From a virus, in IMG/VR virus record IMGVR_UViG_3300023179_006134, positions 22,037 through 86,036 of that record: a stretch of DNA of 64,000 nt, one strand, 5' to 3'. The notes beneath the pieces are model-generated. The model had not been told where the DNA came from and searched no databases. It was given only the letters and a program-made list of their open reading frames with translations. Of this stretch, positions 29,822 through 39,985 are shown one piece after another. Position 1 is the first letter of the stretch; the number at the start of each line of letters is the position of its first letter. The translations under genes were made by a program, and so were the position numbers.

Positions 29822-32803
29822 TTATGCATTTGCATATTGAATATCATATGTTGTATCTATACTAGATGAACGACTCATACCACCAATTGAACCAGAATTT
29901 CCTGTTGGAATTGGTATTGGAACCATTTGAGGATTATTCATTACAATCACCGTCTGTTCTGCACCATCTTCATATCCCGCATAAGATTGAAGAATGCTCA
30001 TTAATTGTGTCTTAGTTTTTGCAGCATTCAAATATTCCAAGAGATTTGGTGCAAGGAAATCTAGTCCTTTTGTGGTATCAGAATCAAATACAAATTCTGG
30101 ACCCTTTTCACCAATCAGTGCTCTTGTTGGTTTTGTTACTCTTCCACCTTTTGCATATGCAACGTGAACGTGATCATAATGTATTGCATTTGTACTTGCC
30201 CCCCAATAATCTAATCCAACTTTTTTACCTTTAGCAATACCAAATCCAAGAGGAGTGTAAATCAATTGTTCTAGTGATGATCCATAATTTTGAATAATCT
30301 GTTTTGCAAATTCTAATTGCTGAGGAGTTCCTCTACCAACACCGTCATTTGAATAATCTCTTGCTCTATTTTTTCCGTGATAACCAGGATCACCCGAACG
30401 ATATGCACTAGTTACTTGTAATCCAAATTTTGAGGCAATTGGAGTAAATTGATCAACTGAACCAACTTTACCTGCCCCAAGAGTGCCTCCAGCACCGATG
30501 CTGCCGACAGTAAAACTTCCCTTTTCACCTTTTTGAAGTGCTGCAAAAATTCTTGAAGATTGTTGCCAACGATCACCTTCTATTCCCCAACCAATATATT
30601 TGTATGATGCGTCTTTAAGTTGCTGTTCAGTAGATTTTGGATCTAAGAATTGATTAAGGAGTCCATATTGCTTCAATTCTTCCTTAATCCACCTAACCTG
30701 TTCCCCATTAGATGCTTTTTCTAAAGGTTTTCCAAGAAATTTTTCAGCATTTACTATTCTTTCACGATTCCAACTAATAAGTCCTTTATTTGTTCCGGCA
30801 CCATCATTTAAAACCCAAGGAGTTCTTTGTCCCTTCCACCCAGATTCTGCCTGAACATTTCCAGCAAGAATTGAAGCAGCAAGCATTGGGAAACCCTCTG
30901 CCATAAACAATCTTGCCCCACCAACTGCTTCAGTAGCATTTCCACCACCACCCATATCATTACCCATTTCTTGTCCTGGAGATACTTTTTTTTCTTCAAC
31001 AGATTCTTTCAACATCAATTGCTTTTGCAATTCTTTAATCGCAGCATCAACCTTTGATGAAATAGTTTCTTCTAAAGATTTTGAGATTACATTTGTCATA
31101 TCATCACCACCAAACATTCCTGCCTCTACTTTTCCACCACCGGCATATCCGGCAGTCCCTCTAAAAGTATTCTGCATCCATCCAGACAATTCTTCTGCTG
31201 CCTTCATATAATCCACAGAACTTGGTTTTTCTCCAAGTTGTGCCTTGAGTGGAAGTGCAAAAAGTGCTCCAAAAGAAGGAGTTTTTGTTGCAGTATCATA
31301 AGAAGATTGCATATAACCAAGAGGGTTTACATTTTTACCCTTGTCCTTTGTTTGCACCTCTGGAAATATTTTTTCAATTTTTTTCTTTCCACCAATAGAA
31401 CCACCAGGTTTAACTTTTGTAACCTGAACCTTTACTCCTCTTTTAACAGGTTTCCTTGATATGGTTCTCTTAACTGCTCCTCCAACGATTTTATTACCTC
31501 TGGTTACTGGAGCAGGTCCACCTTCTGCTTGTTTCGCATATCCCATTCCCTTGGTTCCCTTATCACCAAAAAGACTTCCAAAGGAACCCTCTCCACCACC
31601 ACCAACTAAACCAAATGTGAGTGCGTTTAAACCTTCTCTAAATTGCTCACGAATTCTTGCATCAAATTTTGCAAGATTTTTTGATTGTGCTTTTTTACCT
31701 TTTTCGTCCAAAAATGGATAACGAATTAATTCAATTGCATATCTAAAGGGAGTTCCAACAATATCAAGAAGAGTACCAACTGTCCCCAATTGAAAACTAA
31801 TAAATTTTGCACCCTGATACATTAACCAACGAATTGGTTTCATAAGAGGATTTTTTTCACCATCATATGCTTTCTTAGCACCCTGTTCCATTCCAACTGA
31901 CATCTTTTTGAGTTGGAATGCACCTTCACCCAGAGCAGATGCAAGAAGTCCTGCACCGAGAATAATAGCAGCAACTGCACCGGTTCCTATTCCACCTGCC
32001 TGTGCTGCTGTTCCTCCTGCTGTTGCACCTCCTCCTGCTGCTGTTCCTCCCGATGTTGCTGCTTGTGTTCCTGCCTGTGCTGCCGTTTTTGCTCCTTGCC
32101 CAAGTAATCTATCCTTCACCAAATCCATTCCAATATCAAGAACTCCACCCTTACCCTGTCCGGCAATAGCAATGGAAGCAATAATCGCAGCATCAATCAC
32201 ACCACTTACAGCACCAGTAAAAGTATCAAAGATTTTTAATGAAAAGTCTCCACCAAAACTTTTCATAAATCCACGAGTCGCATCTATTGCCTTATATCCC
32301 CAGTCAATAAATGTGACTACCTTATCTAATATATTTCCACCCAAATCCATCATAAACTCCATCACATTTCCAATAATACTTACAATACCTACAAGTTTTG
32401 GAAGATGTGGTAAAAGTTTAATTGAAATATATCCAAGAAGAACTGAAAAAAGAAAGTTTTTAATTCTATCTAAAAACCCAAGTTTTGGTGCCGATGGCAT
32501 CTTCAGTTTTCCTTCTTTCTTTTCTTCTGGTTTTGCCTCTAACTTATTTTCTTGTTTTTCTGCTTCTTTTTTTTCTGTGAATTTTCTTTTCTTTTCAAGT
32601 TCCGACTGCTTTATAAGTGTAGAAGTCTGAATTAAATCACGAACCTTAAAGACTTGCTTTTTAATAATAAACAAATCACTTTTAAGTACACTAATGCTTT
32701 CTTCCTGAAGACTTTCTGTAGATATTTTTTTTGTAGATATAGATATTCCTGGTAAAAGTTTTGTTGGATTTATTTTTGCAGGAGATAATTTTGGAGTTTC
32801 CAT
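29822..32803 (-). CDS. Tape-measure/hub-like protein with phage-tail-lysozyme domain and an M15-like peptidase domain
   Basis: Helical N-terminus; GNVQAESG...GLISWN; VTSAYRSGDPGYHG...RDYS...HYDHVHVA. Confidence 0.65.
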   Translation of the reverse strand: METPKLSPAKINPTKLLPGISISTKKISTESLQEESISVLKSDLFIIKKQVFKVRDLIQTSTLIKQSELEKKRKFTEKKEAEKQENKLEAKPEEKKEGKLKMPSAPKLGFLDRIKNFLFSVLLGYISIKLLPHLPKLVGIVSIIGNVMEFMMDLGGNILDKVVTFIDWGYKAIDATRGFMKSFGGDFSLKIFDTFTGAVSGVIDAAIIASIAIAGQGKGGVLDIGMDLVKDRLLGQGAKTAAQAGTQAATSGGTAAGGGATAGGTAAQAGGIGTGAVAAIILGAGLLASALGEGAFQLKKMSVGMEQGAKKAYDGEKNPLMKPIRWLMYQGAKFISFQLGTVGTLLDIVGTPFRYAIELIRYPFLDEKGKKAQSKNLAKFDARIREQFREGLNALTFGLVGGGGEGSFGSLFGDKGTKGMGYAKQAEGGPAPVTRGNKIVGGAVKRTISRKPVKRGVKVQVTKVKPGGSIGGKKKIEKIFPEVQTKDKGKNVNPLGYMQSSYDTATKTPSFGALFALPLKAQLGEKPSSVDYMKAAEELSGWMQNTFRGTAGYAGGGKVEAGMFGGDDMTNVISKSLEETISSKVDAAIKELQKQLMLKESVEEKKVSPGQEMGNDMGGGGNATEAVGGARLFMAEGFPMLAASILAGNVQAESGWKGQRTPWVLNDGAGTNKGLISWNRERIVNAEKFLGKPLEKASNGEQVRWIKEELKQYGLLNQFLDPKSTEQQLKDASYKYIGWGIEGDRWQQSSRIFAALQKGEKGSFTVGSIGAGGTLGAGKVGSVDQFTPIASKFGLQVTSAYRSGDPGYHGKNRARDYSNDGVGRGTPQQLEFAKQIIQNYGSSLEQLIYTPLGFGIAKGKKVGLDYWGASTNAIHYDHVHVAYAKGGRVTKPTRALIGEKGPEFVFDSDTTKGLDFLAPNLLEYLNAAKTKTQLMSILQSYAGYEDGAEQTVIVMNNPQMVPIPIPTGNSGSIGGMSRSSSIDTTYDIQYANA

Positions 32804-32806
32804 ATC

Positions 32807-35218
32807 TTACTTAACTCCAAGAACAGCAGCACTTCTTCTTCTGCTTTCAGAATTTGGATGTACTGCACTGAAAGAAGGAACTGATGGAGATGCACCAGAA
32901 GAAGTATTTAATTTTGGCATACCACCAGGTGATGTTGCATAAACAACCTTTACTTTTGATTTTGATGGTGGGTTTATTTTTGGAATATTATTTTGAGTTT
33001 GTATTTGAGCAGGATTTAATTTAGAAGATGATGAAGGTTGCTCAGCTAATGCTGGGGGAGATATTATTGATGAGATTGCTGAACCAAATTTTTGAAACAT
33101 ATTTGGTTGATTTTGTATAGTTGGTTTTGGTTTTGCAGCAACATCTGCTTTCAAATTCGTGAATGTCTTATTTGGAATTACACTATATCCCTGAAATGTA
33201 TGTTCCCTATCAGACATTCCAGTAATCTCATCTGGAGATACTGCAGAAGGTTTATTTACTGCTCTTGATACTTCAAAGACGTTATTCCAGTTTTTTACAT
33301 TTGGCCTTACACTTCTTTTCCAATATTCAATGGATGCATCAAGTGCAATATCTTTATTCATTAAAAGTTTTGGATTTCCAACTAAATCTTTACCAATTCT
33401 TTTTCCAATATCTTCATAATTTGCTCTTCCAGTAACTTGTAAATATCCCCTACCAATATAATTGTATGCATCATCAGCATTACGATTACCAAGACCAAGA
33501 GCAGGATTTGCATATCCCTTAAAATATTCATACCCAGGTTTTCCTGGTGGATCATTTGGACTTGAATTGTATTTTTCTCTTTGAGGTTCTCCAAAATTTC
33601 CTCCAGATTCGTGTTTAACTTGTGATAAAAATGCCTTAAGTTCAATTGGATCTGTAATTCCTCTTTGTTTTGCTCTGGAAGCAAACTTAAGTTCAATTGG
33701 AGATAAATTTGGAAGTATTTGTTTGGGAGTAGTTGATTTTGGAGAAGGTTTAACAGTGGATTCTTTCATAGGAGATTTGGAGGAATCTTCTTTTGGAGAA
33801 GAAGCATTTTTTTCTGCTTTCAATTCTTTACTATTCATTTTATCACCAATCATTCCACCACCAGCAGCATAAGTGGTTCCAGAAACAATCTTTGGTTGAT
33901 TAGTTCCTCCACCAGCAGCATTCATTCCCTCAAGAGTATCCACACCATACTTTTGCACAGCACCACGAGACATTACAAACTCACCATCAGTGAGCATTGC
34001 TGGAACTTTATCTACACCTTTTTTTCCACCAATCAAACCACTCACAGATTCTTGGATTTTTCCAGACCCAAGACCAGCACCCAATAACATACCAAGAGGT
34101 CCAAACATAGCACCCATTCCGGCACCACCCATCATACCACCAAAGTTTAATCCACCACCGGCAAACTTTGGAATTACAAATCCACCACCAGAATATCCTT
34201 GAGTTTTTTTCTCTTCTCCACCAATTCCACCAAAATTTTCAATGCCTTTACTTACGGCCATTGTGGTACCGACAGTCGCAGCAACTTCTAATCCTGCTCC
34301 CAAAAGTTTTCCATATTTTCCACCAAGAAACTTTGATGCTCCTGCTGCCTTTCCTACACCTGCCTTTGCTAATAATCCTGCTGCAGCAGCTGCAAGTCTA
34401 ATACCTCCACGAATAATAACCTTGGTTAAGAACCCAACAAACTTGCCTAGACCAGTTCCAAACATTATATAAAGAGCAAGAAGTTTAGGCCACTGGTCTC
34501 CTAAAAATCTACCAATTGCTTTAATTTTATCCTGATTTTTAGAATCACTAAACCAATCCAAGAGTTTAATCAGTGCTCTTCCGACAAAAATAGCAACAAA
34601 GAAATCAATAATTCTATCAAGTAAAGATTTAATGGGAGCAATAATCTTTTCTGCTGCCTTAATTGCAAACTTAAATCCCTTCTCTAATCTTGATTCTTTT
34701 TCACCTCTCTGTCCTGCTTCTCCAGCAATTCTAGACTTTTCTGCAGAATCCTTTGCAAGTTTATTTTGACTCGTAAGACTTTTAATTATTTCAGCAAGAG
34801 CATCAATAATTTCTTTTATATCTTCACCCCCAGTCATCTTATCAGGAGCAGGAGGAAGTGCTAATTGTGGTTTTCCTATAAGTGCCTTTTGTTTTCCTAA
34901 ATTAATTCCAACTGCACTTCCTTTTTTAAAACTATCTGCCGTAATCTTTTTAACCTTAAATCTACCTTTCTTTCCTCTAATCTTTTTATATTCATTCGTA
35001 AGAAGTTCTGCCTCTTCAGTGGGAATTTGAGTCTTTACCATTCTGGCAGCAATCAGTTTCTCCTTTAGAAGAGACGCATATGTATCATAATCAATATCAA
35101 AAACATATTCAAGTCCCAGAAGTCTTAAAATTCTTTCTTCAATTTGTTCATCAACAAGATCTTCACCGTCTCTTTTAACGGGAACTATTGATCCTCCTGT
35201 TGGTGATTGATTATCCAT
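32807..35218 (-). CDS. Tape-measure-like protein with GH19 (chitinase/lysozyme-like) domain
   Basis: FLSQVKHESGG...YIGRGYLQVTGRANY; DKVPAMLTDGEFVM. Confidence 0.7.
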   Translation of the reverse strand: MDNQSPTGGSIVPVKRDGEDLVDEQIEERILRLLGLEYVFDIDYDTYASLLKEKLIAARMVKTQIPTEEAELLTNEYKKIRGKKGRFKVKKITADSFKKGSAVGINLGKQKALIGKPQLALPPAPDKMTGGEDIKEIIDALAEIIKSLTSQNKLAKDSAEKSRIAGEAGQRGEKESRLEKGFKFAIKAAEKIIAPIKSLLDRIIDFFVAIFVGRALIKLLDWFSDSKNQDKIKAIGRFLGDQWPKLLALYIMFGTGLGKFVGFLTKVIIRGGIRLAAAAAGLLAKAGVGKAAGASKFLGGKYGKLLGAGLEVAATVGTTMAVSKGIENFGGIGGEEKKTQGYSGGGFVIPKFAGGGLNFGGMMGGAGMGAMFGPLGMLLGAGLGSGKIQESVSGLIGGKKGVDKVPAMLTDGEFVMSRGAVQKYGVDTLEGMNAAGGGTNQPKIVSGTTYAAGGGMIGDKMNSKELKAEKNASSPKEDSSKSPMKESTVKPSPKSTTPKQILPNLSPIELKFASRAKQRGITDPIELKAFLSQVKHESGGNFGEPQREKYNSSPNDPPGKPGYEYFKGYANPALGLGNRNADDAYNYIGRGYLQVTGRANYEDIGKRIGKDLVGNPKLLMNKDIALDASIEYWKRSVRPNVKNWNNVFEVSRAVNKPSAVSPDEITGMSDREHTFQGYSVIPNKTFTNLKADVAAKPKPTIQNQPNMFQKFGSAISSIISPPALAEQPSSSSKLNPAQIQTQNNIPKINPPSKSKVKVVYATSPGGMPKLNTSSGASPSVPSFSAVHPNSESRRRSAAVLGVK

Positions 35219-35375
35219 TTTGTTGTTGTTTGAGTTTTTCTTCTTCTAAATGTTGTTTTAATAATTCAACGTAAATATCTCTTTCCCAAGGTATCATATT
35301 TTCAATTTCTGTAAGAGAATATTTATGATACTGCATTAGGGCAAAGTTAAGACGAAAATAATTCTCAAGGTCCAT
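35211..35375 (-). CDS. gp51: Baseplate hub assembly catalyst gp51-like (54 aa from its own ATG)
   Basis: Not in the ORF track. MDLENYFRLNFALMQYHKYSLTEIENMIPWERDIYVELL...; directly follows gp26. Confidence 0.8.
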   Translation of the reverse strand: MDLENYFRLNFALMQYHKYSLTEIENMIPWERDIYVELLKQHLEEEKLKQQQNG

Positions 35376-35386
35376 ATGGACCAGGG

Positions 35387-36106
35387 CTATGCGAAAAAAC
35401 TTGCTAACCCTTCTAAAACAACTTCACTTTCAACTTCAGTCTTTGGATTTGTAACTTTGATTTTATGAGAAAGTTTGGGCATAGTCTCAAAGAATTTTTC
35501 AATTTGCTTAAACTGCGAAGAATTTAATTGCTCTAAAAAGTCAATTAGTTCTTTTTTTGTTACATCAGCAGCAATCCACACTTCTTCTTCGGTATAAATT
35601 TTATCAATACAAGAAGAAATCAAATCAAAAGATTGATCCATCGTATTATCATTTTTAAAATCAAAGTTAGTCTTAATAAATTGCTCCAGAGATGGATATT
35701 TCATTTCCATCATAATTGTAGAATCAATCTTAATTTGATTGGTATGATCTTCGTTCTTTTGAACCTTAATTGAATCCAAATCAATCTTTACAAGAGTATT
35801 TGTTTCTTCATCATCAGGACAGATAATATTCACTTCAATCTCTTCTCCTACAGATTTACCACGAATATTTAAGAACAAGTATTCAATATCAAAAGTTGGA
35901 AGTGATTCTACTTTAATATTTTTAGTCAGAATACAACTCTTAATGACAGTTTTAATTGCAGTAGTAATTTGTTTTGTATCTTCACTTTCTAGTGCAATCA
36001 ACAGTACTTTTTCTTCTTTAACAAGAAAGGGTCTGTATTTAATTGATTCACCAGTAGAGGGCAACTCAAGTTCGTAAATCGGTGTCGTGGGTTTTGGTAA
36101 AGGCAT
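35387..36106 (-). CDS. gp26: Baseplate hub subunit gp26-like
   Basis: MPLPKP..P.YELELPS...YRPFLVKEEKVLL...FDIEYLFLNIRGKSVGE. Confidence 0.88.
   Translation of the reverse strand: MPLPKPTTPIYELELPSTGESIKYRPFLVKEEKVLLIALESEDTKQITTAIKTVIKSCILTKNIKVESLPTFDIEYLFLNIRGKSVGEEIEVNIICPDDEETNTLVKIDLDSIKVQKNEDHTNQIKIDSTIMMEMKYPSLEQFIKTNFDFKNDNTMDQSFDLISSCIDKIYTEEEVWIAADVTKKELIDFLEQLNSSQFKQIEKFFETMPKLSHKIKVTNPKTEVESEVVLEGLASFFA
35393..35399 (-). other. Putative -1 ribosomal frameshift site T_TTT_TTC (gp26 to gp51)
   Basis: In-frame X_XXY_YYZ heptamer one codon before the gp26 stop. The -1 frame is open into gp51. GGTCCATATGGACC hairpin 10 nt downstream. Confidence 0.65.
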
Positions 36107-36156
36107 AATGACCTATAGAATTTCAGTTATGATTATTTAGATTAGAATATTGGAGG

Positions 36157-37002
36157 TTATCTTCGTATTGATTGTTGGAATTGAGTTACTGCAATATCTG
36201 CTGCCTCAATTCTATCATTATTTCCTGATGCTAGTGCTTGAGTATATTCAATATCAAGTGCTTCTATATTATCTAATTGTGCTCCTGTATATGGACTATC
36301 TGCTGCTCCATTTGGAGATCTTGATGAAGACTCTGGTGTAGATGGGTAATCTTTAGCCCCGACATAATATCGAATATAACTAAAGGATACGGTACATTTT
36401 AGTAATGAAGATGCATCATAAGAAACCGGCATTGATGTGATTGATATTGGATATGAATTCACAAAATTATAAATTAAAGTATTGCCCTCGTGATCAGCAC
36501 TCTTTTTATTTTTTGAAGTTCTTTCAAATTTAGTAATTGTGAGTCCTTGTCCAGCAATATAATACTCTGGATACCGGGCCCGATAAAAGTACTCTGGTTT
36601 TTTTGATGAAATTCTACCAGCACCTGATGCAATACTTTCTCCAATAATATATTTAATCCAGGATTCAAAAAATCTAATTGGAAGATAATTCTCGGCATCA
36701 ACATAAAAAGTAAAATCAATTCTATCATCATATAATCTACGATAGGCAAATTTTTCGGTCACTCCAGTAAAATCACTATTATTTTCGTGAGTTGCTAGTG
36801 ATGAACCGGGCAAAGTTGCTTCTGAGCACAACAATCTCAACTTTTCTCCATCATACTTCACACCATTAGAAATTAAATATTGTCCAAACCCACCTTCACT
36901 TGTACCATACTTTGGAAAAGGTATATCAACAATAAAATGTGATGTAAGTGCTGGTTGAAGTAGATTTGCCTTAATTTTATCTACACTAACTTTTGCAGGC
37001 AT
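36157..37002 (-). CDS. Tail-tube-fold protein (gp54/gp19-like baseplate tail tube initiator)
   Basis: LLCSEATLPG...RRLYD...TFYVD...FFESW...YP.SI.SMPVSY...V.FSY. Confidence 0.65.
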   Translation of the reverse strand: MPAKVSVDKIKANLLQPALTSHFIVDIPFPKYGTSEGGFGQYLISNGVKYDGEKLRLLCSEATLPGSSLATHENNSDFTGVTEKFAYRRLYDDRIDFTFYVDAENYLPIRFFESWIKYIIGESIASGAGRISSKKPEYFYRARYPEYYIAGQGLTITKFERTSKNKKSADHEGNTLIYNFVNSYPISITSMPVSYDASSLLKCTVSFSYIRYYVGAKDYPSTPESSSRSPNGAADSPYTGAQLDNIEALDIEYTQALASGNNDRIEAADIAVTQFQQSIRR

Positions 37003-37003
37003 C

Positions 37004-37011
37004 TATAAATA
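37004..37011 (+). promoter_or_regulatory. T4 late promoter TATAAATA
   Basis: Exact consensus 30 nt upstream of the gp4 ATG. Confidence 0.75.
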
Positions 37012-37040
37012 CTTGTACTTATATATTATGTAGTTAGGAA

Positions 37041-37493
37041 ATGCCAAGAGACGGAAAATACCATCAGGGTAGATTTCACCCTCAAAATCCGCAGAAATAT
37101 AAAGGAGACGTGAATAATATCATATACAGAAGTTCTTGGGAACTCAAATTTATGCAGTGGTGTGATAGAAATGAAAATATTGTGGAGTATGGTTCAGAAG
37201 AGTTTTGGATTCCTTATGTTTCTCCGGTAGATAATCGTGTTCATCGATACTTTCCAGATTTTATTATCAAAGTTAAAGAAAGTAATGAAGAGATTAAGAC
37301 TTATGTGATCGAAGTGAAGCCAAAAAGACAAACAGCACCACCTAAACAAAAATCAAGAGTGACTAAATCATATCTTTATGAGGTTCAGACATACGCAGTC
37401 AATCAATCAAAATGGAATGCCGCAAATGAATGGTGTAAAGATCGTAGATTGGAGTTCAAGGTGATAACCGAAACGGAACTCGGATTAAGATAA
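37041..37493 (+). CDS. gp4: Head completion nuclease gp4
   Basis: NPQKYKGD..NIIYRSSWE..FM.WCD, HRYFPDF, IEVKP. Confidence 0.9.
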   Translation: MPRDGKYHQGRFHPQNPQKYKGDVNNIIYRSSWELKFMQWCDRNENIVEYGSEEFWIPYVSPVDNRVHRYFPDFIIKVKESNEEIKTYVIEVKPKRQTAPPKQKSRVTKSYLYEVQTYAVNQSKWNAANEWCKDRRLEFKVITETELGLR

Positions 37494-37882
37494 TGGCAGA
37501 AGGTTTCGGTCAATATGTGGGGAAGATTCCTCCCAGAATGGCAGAATTGAGAAAAAAGATTAAGAAGTCTGGTAGTAGTGACCCAGAAGATCTGATGATT
37601 GAGATTATGGAAGTTTTAAAAGAAGAAGTATTATATCCGGAACCAGGAAAGTTTTATACATTTCTTTACATACCTAAAACTCCAGAAATAGAATATGATC
37701 AACATCCACTGATTGCTTGTACTTCATTAGAAAAGTGGGGATTTAGAGGAATGAACTTTCATTGGAGAAAGGCAAGGCAATATACCTGGGAAGAAGTTTC
37801 GGGAAAACTTCACGTTATTAAATATGATGAGTTGGATGAGATGCTCTCTATACCTTATGCAAAATTCCGTCTAAATAAATAA
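37493..37882 (+). CDS. gp2: DNA end protector gp2-like (short)
   Basis: PGKFYTFLY.PKT...YDQHPLI...GFRGMNFH. Confidence 0.6.
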   Translation: MAEGFGQYVGKIPPRMAELRKKIKKSGSSDPEDLMIEIMEVLKEEVLYPEPGKFYTFLYIPKTPEIEYDQHPLIACTSLEKWGFRGMNFHWRKARQYTWEEVSGKLHVIKYDELDEMLSIPYAKFRLNK

Positions 37883-37953
37883 AAAACTATAAAAATGTTT
37901 AGAAGAGCAGAAAAATATATTCTAAACGTCCTTCATAGTGAGGAGGTGCTCTG

Positions 37954-39309
37954 ATGGCATATGGAGCTCCGATACTATCAGATGTAATAGTAACCACTAT
38001 AGATGGAAAACCATATTACACAGTATCTTCAACTAAAGTAACACAAGGAAACGATGGTAAAGTTAATGGTGGAGAAACAACTATACTATATTCCCAAAAA
38101 CCAAACGTTTACATCCCTGCAGCAACAACAAAAGATGGGGGAAAAACTTGGACATACCTAAAATATAAGCAAGGAGATGACATACCTCCTGGGAAAAAAG
38201 TAGGAGATGAAATTTTTGGTAATCAGGCAAAGAAATCTCTTGAGGGTGGGGCATTAAAAACAAATATAAATCAACAAATTAAAACTGCTGCAACAAAAGC
38301 AAGCATTCCTCCAGAGCAACAAAAACCATTAACCTTAGATCAAAATACAGCAAGTCCAACAGGAGATCCACCAGCAGCAGGACAATTCAAACCGGAGGAT
38401 GTGACCACAATAAAAGAAGCAGCAGGAAAGGAATATAAAGGTAGAAAGAACTATCCTGGGGAAGATTTAAGATATCCCATAACTATGGATCAAAATCAAG
38501 ATTGTATTCAATTTAAAATTATTAAATATGTGGCAAGGGGGTTGGGGTTAGATAAAAATCTGGGACTTAGAAAAGATGCTCCCCCTGCGGGTAATATTTT
38601 AACAACAATCACTTTACCAATGCCCAGTGGAGGAATATCGGATAGAAATTCTGTGAATTGGCAATCTGGTGAGTTAAATCCGGCAATGGAAGGTGTGGCA
38701 GCCACGTTAAATAGTTTTCTTTTAGGTGGACCAAAGACAGGTGCGGCTACAGCAAAAGATGAATTTGGAGCATTTCTTGGGGGTGAATCCAATACCAAAT
38801 TACTAAAGGCACTAATTGCATCTCAAACAATTAAATCAGCTCTTGGTCAAAATGTTTTATCAAGACAATATGGTGTAGTGATAAATCCAAATTTAGAACT
38901 TCTTTTTGATAGTCCTTCACTCAGAGATTTTTCTTTTACTTTTAAAATGACCCCAAGATCAAAATCAGAGGCAATAAGAGTAAGAACTATTATAAGATAT
39001 TTCAAACAAGCAATGTCAGTAAAGAGAAGTGAGTCTGTTCTTCTTCTAAAAGCACCACATACTTTTAGAATTAGTTATTTAACATCAACTCAAAATCACC
39101 CATATCTAAATCGTTTTAAAGAATGTGCCCTTACCAATTGTAGTGTAAACTATACTCCCGATGGTCAATATATGAGTTATGATGCTTCCGATCCCGATGG
39201 AAGATCTATGACCGCATATGAACTTTCACTCAACTTCCAAGAACTTGAACCAATCTTTGATGATGATTATGATGATGGAGATAACTCACCAACAAATATA
39301 GGTTACTAA
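37954..39309 (+). CDS. gp48: Baseplate tail tube cap gp48-like
   Basis: LRYP, I.LPMP, INPNLELLF.SP.LR.F.F.FKMTPRS..EA, CALT...VNYTP, L.FQELEP. Confidence 0.82.
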   Translation: MAYGAPILSDVIVTTIDGKPYYTVSSTKVTQGNDGKVNGGETTILYSQKPNVYIPAATTKDGGKTWTYLKYKQGDDIPPGKKVGDEIFGNQAKKSLEGGALKTNINQQIKTAATKASIPPEQQKPLTLDQNTASPTGDPPAAGQFKPEDVTTIKEAAGKEYKGRKNYPGEDLRYPITMDQNQDCIQFKIIKYVARGLGLDKNLGLRKDAPPAGNILTTITLPMPSGGISDRNSVNWQSGELNPAMEGVAATLNSFLLGGPKTGAATAKDEFGAFLGGESNTKLLKALIASQTIKSALGQNVLSRQYGVVINPNLELLFDSPSLRDFSFTFKMTPRSKSEAIRVRTIIRYFKQAMSVKRSESVLLLKAPHTFRISYLTSTQNHPYLNRFKECALTNCSVNYTPDGQYMSYDASDPDGRSMTAYELSLNFQELEPIFDDDYDDGDNSPTNIGY

Positions 39310-39310
39310 A

Positions 39311-39982
39311 ATGGCATCTTATTTCCGTCAGGTTCCTAACTTTGAATATGTAAGTCGGATTGCAGAATCCAAGAACATATCAGATTATATACAAGTCAAA
39401 AATTTCTTTAAAAAAGGAAGTCTTCGTCCTGATATTTTTCAGGAACTTGCATTTTTTGAGAAGTATAAAATTCGGGGAAATGATCGTCCTGATAATGTTG
39501 CAGAAGATTTTTATGGTGAATCAACTCTTGATTGGGTGATTTTACTATCAAACAATATTATCAATATTCAATCAGAATGGCCTCTTCTACAAGATGATTT
39601 AGATCGTTATTTGGTTGAAAAATATGGTGATTATGATATTCTCTATAATGGTATTCATCACTATGAAACTTCAGAAATTAAAAACAGTCAAGGAGTTACG
39701 ATTGTTCCTTCAGGTCTTGAAGTAAGTTCTCCATATTCAGTAAGTTATTATGATTACTTTATAGATTCTCAGATAGATACGGGAAACATAGCAGTTCCTG
39801 TGACGAATTATGATTATGAGATTAAAATAGAAGATGCAAAGAGAAATATTTACTTACTCAAACCAACATATTTGAATATTGTGATTAATGATATGGATAA
39901 TATTATGCCATATAAAAAAGGGTCTTCACAATATATCAGTGAAGACCTTAAACGCGGTGATAATATCAGACTTTATAGTTGA
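39311..39982 (+). CDS. gp53: Baseplate wedge subunit gp53
   Basis: YF..VPNF.Y, DRPDNVA..FYG...DWVILL.NNI....EWP, HHYET. Confidence 0.88.
   Translation: MASYFRQVPNFEYVSRIAESKNISDYIQVKNFFKKGSLRPDIFQELAFFEKYKIRGNDRPDNVAEDFYGESTLDWVILLSNNIINIQSEWPLLQDDLDRYLVEKYGDYDILYNGIHHYETSEIKNSQGVTIVPSGLEVSSPYSVSYYDYFIDSQIDTGNIAVPVTNYDYEIKIEDAKRNIYLLKPTYLNIVINDMDNIMPYKKGSSQYISEDLKRGDNIRLYS
39914..39948 (-). terminator. Intrinsic terminator for the gp32 transcript, embedded antisense in the gp53 3' end
   Basis: Minus strand aggtcttcac-9nt-gtgaagaccc-tttttt. Confidence 0.7.
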
Positions 39983-39985
39983 TTT

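Noticed and set aside
31908-32630. 240-aa plus-strand ORF, and similar antisense ORFs at 10143, 15421 and 59087
   Set aside because: Antisense shadows of real minus-strand genes, with no motifs or expression signals.
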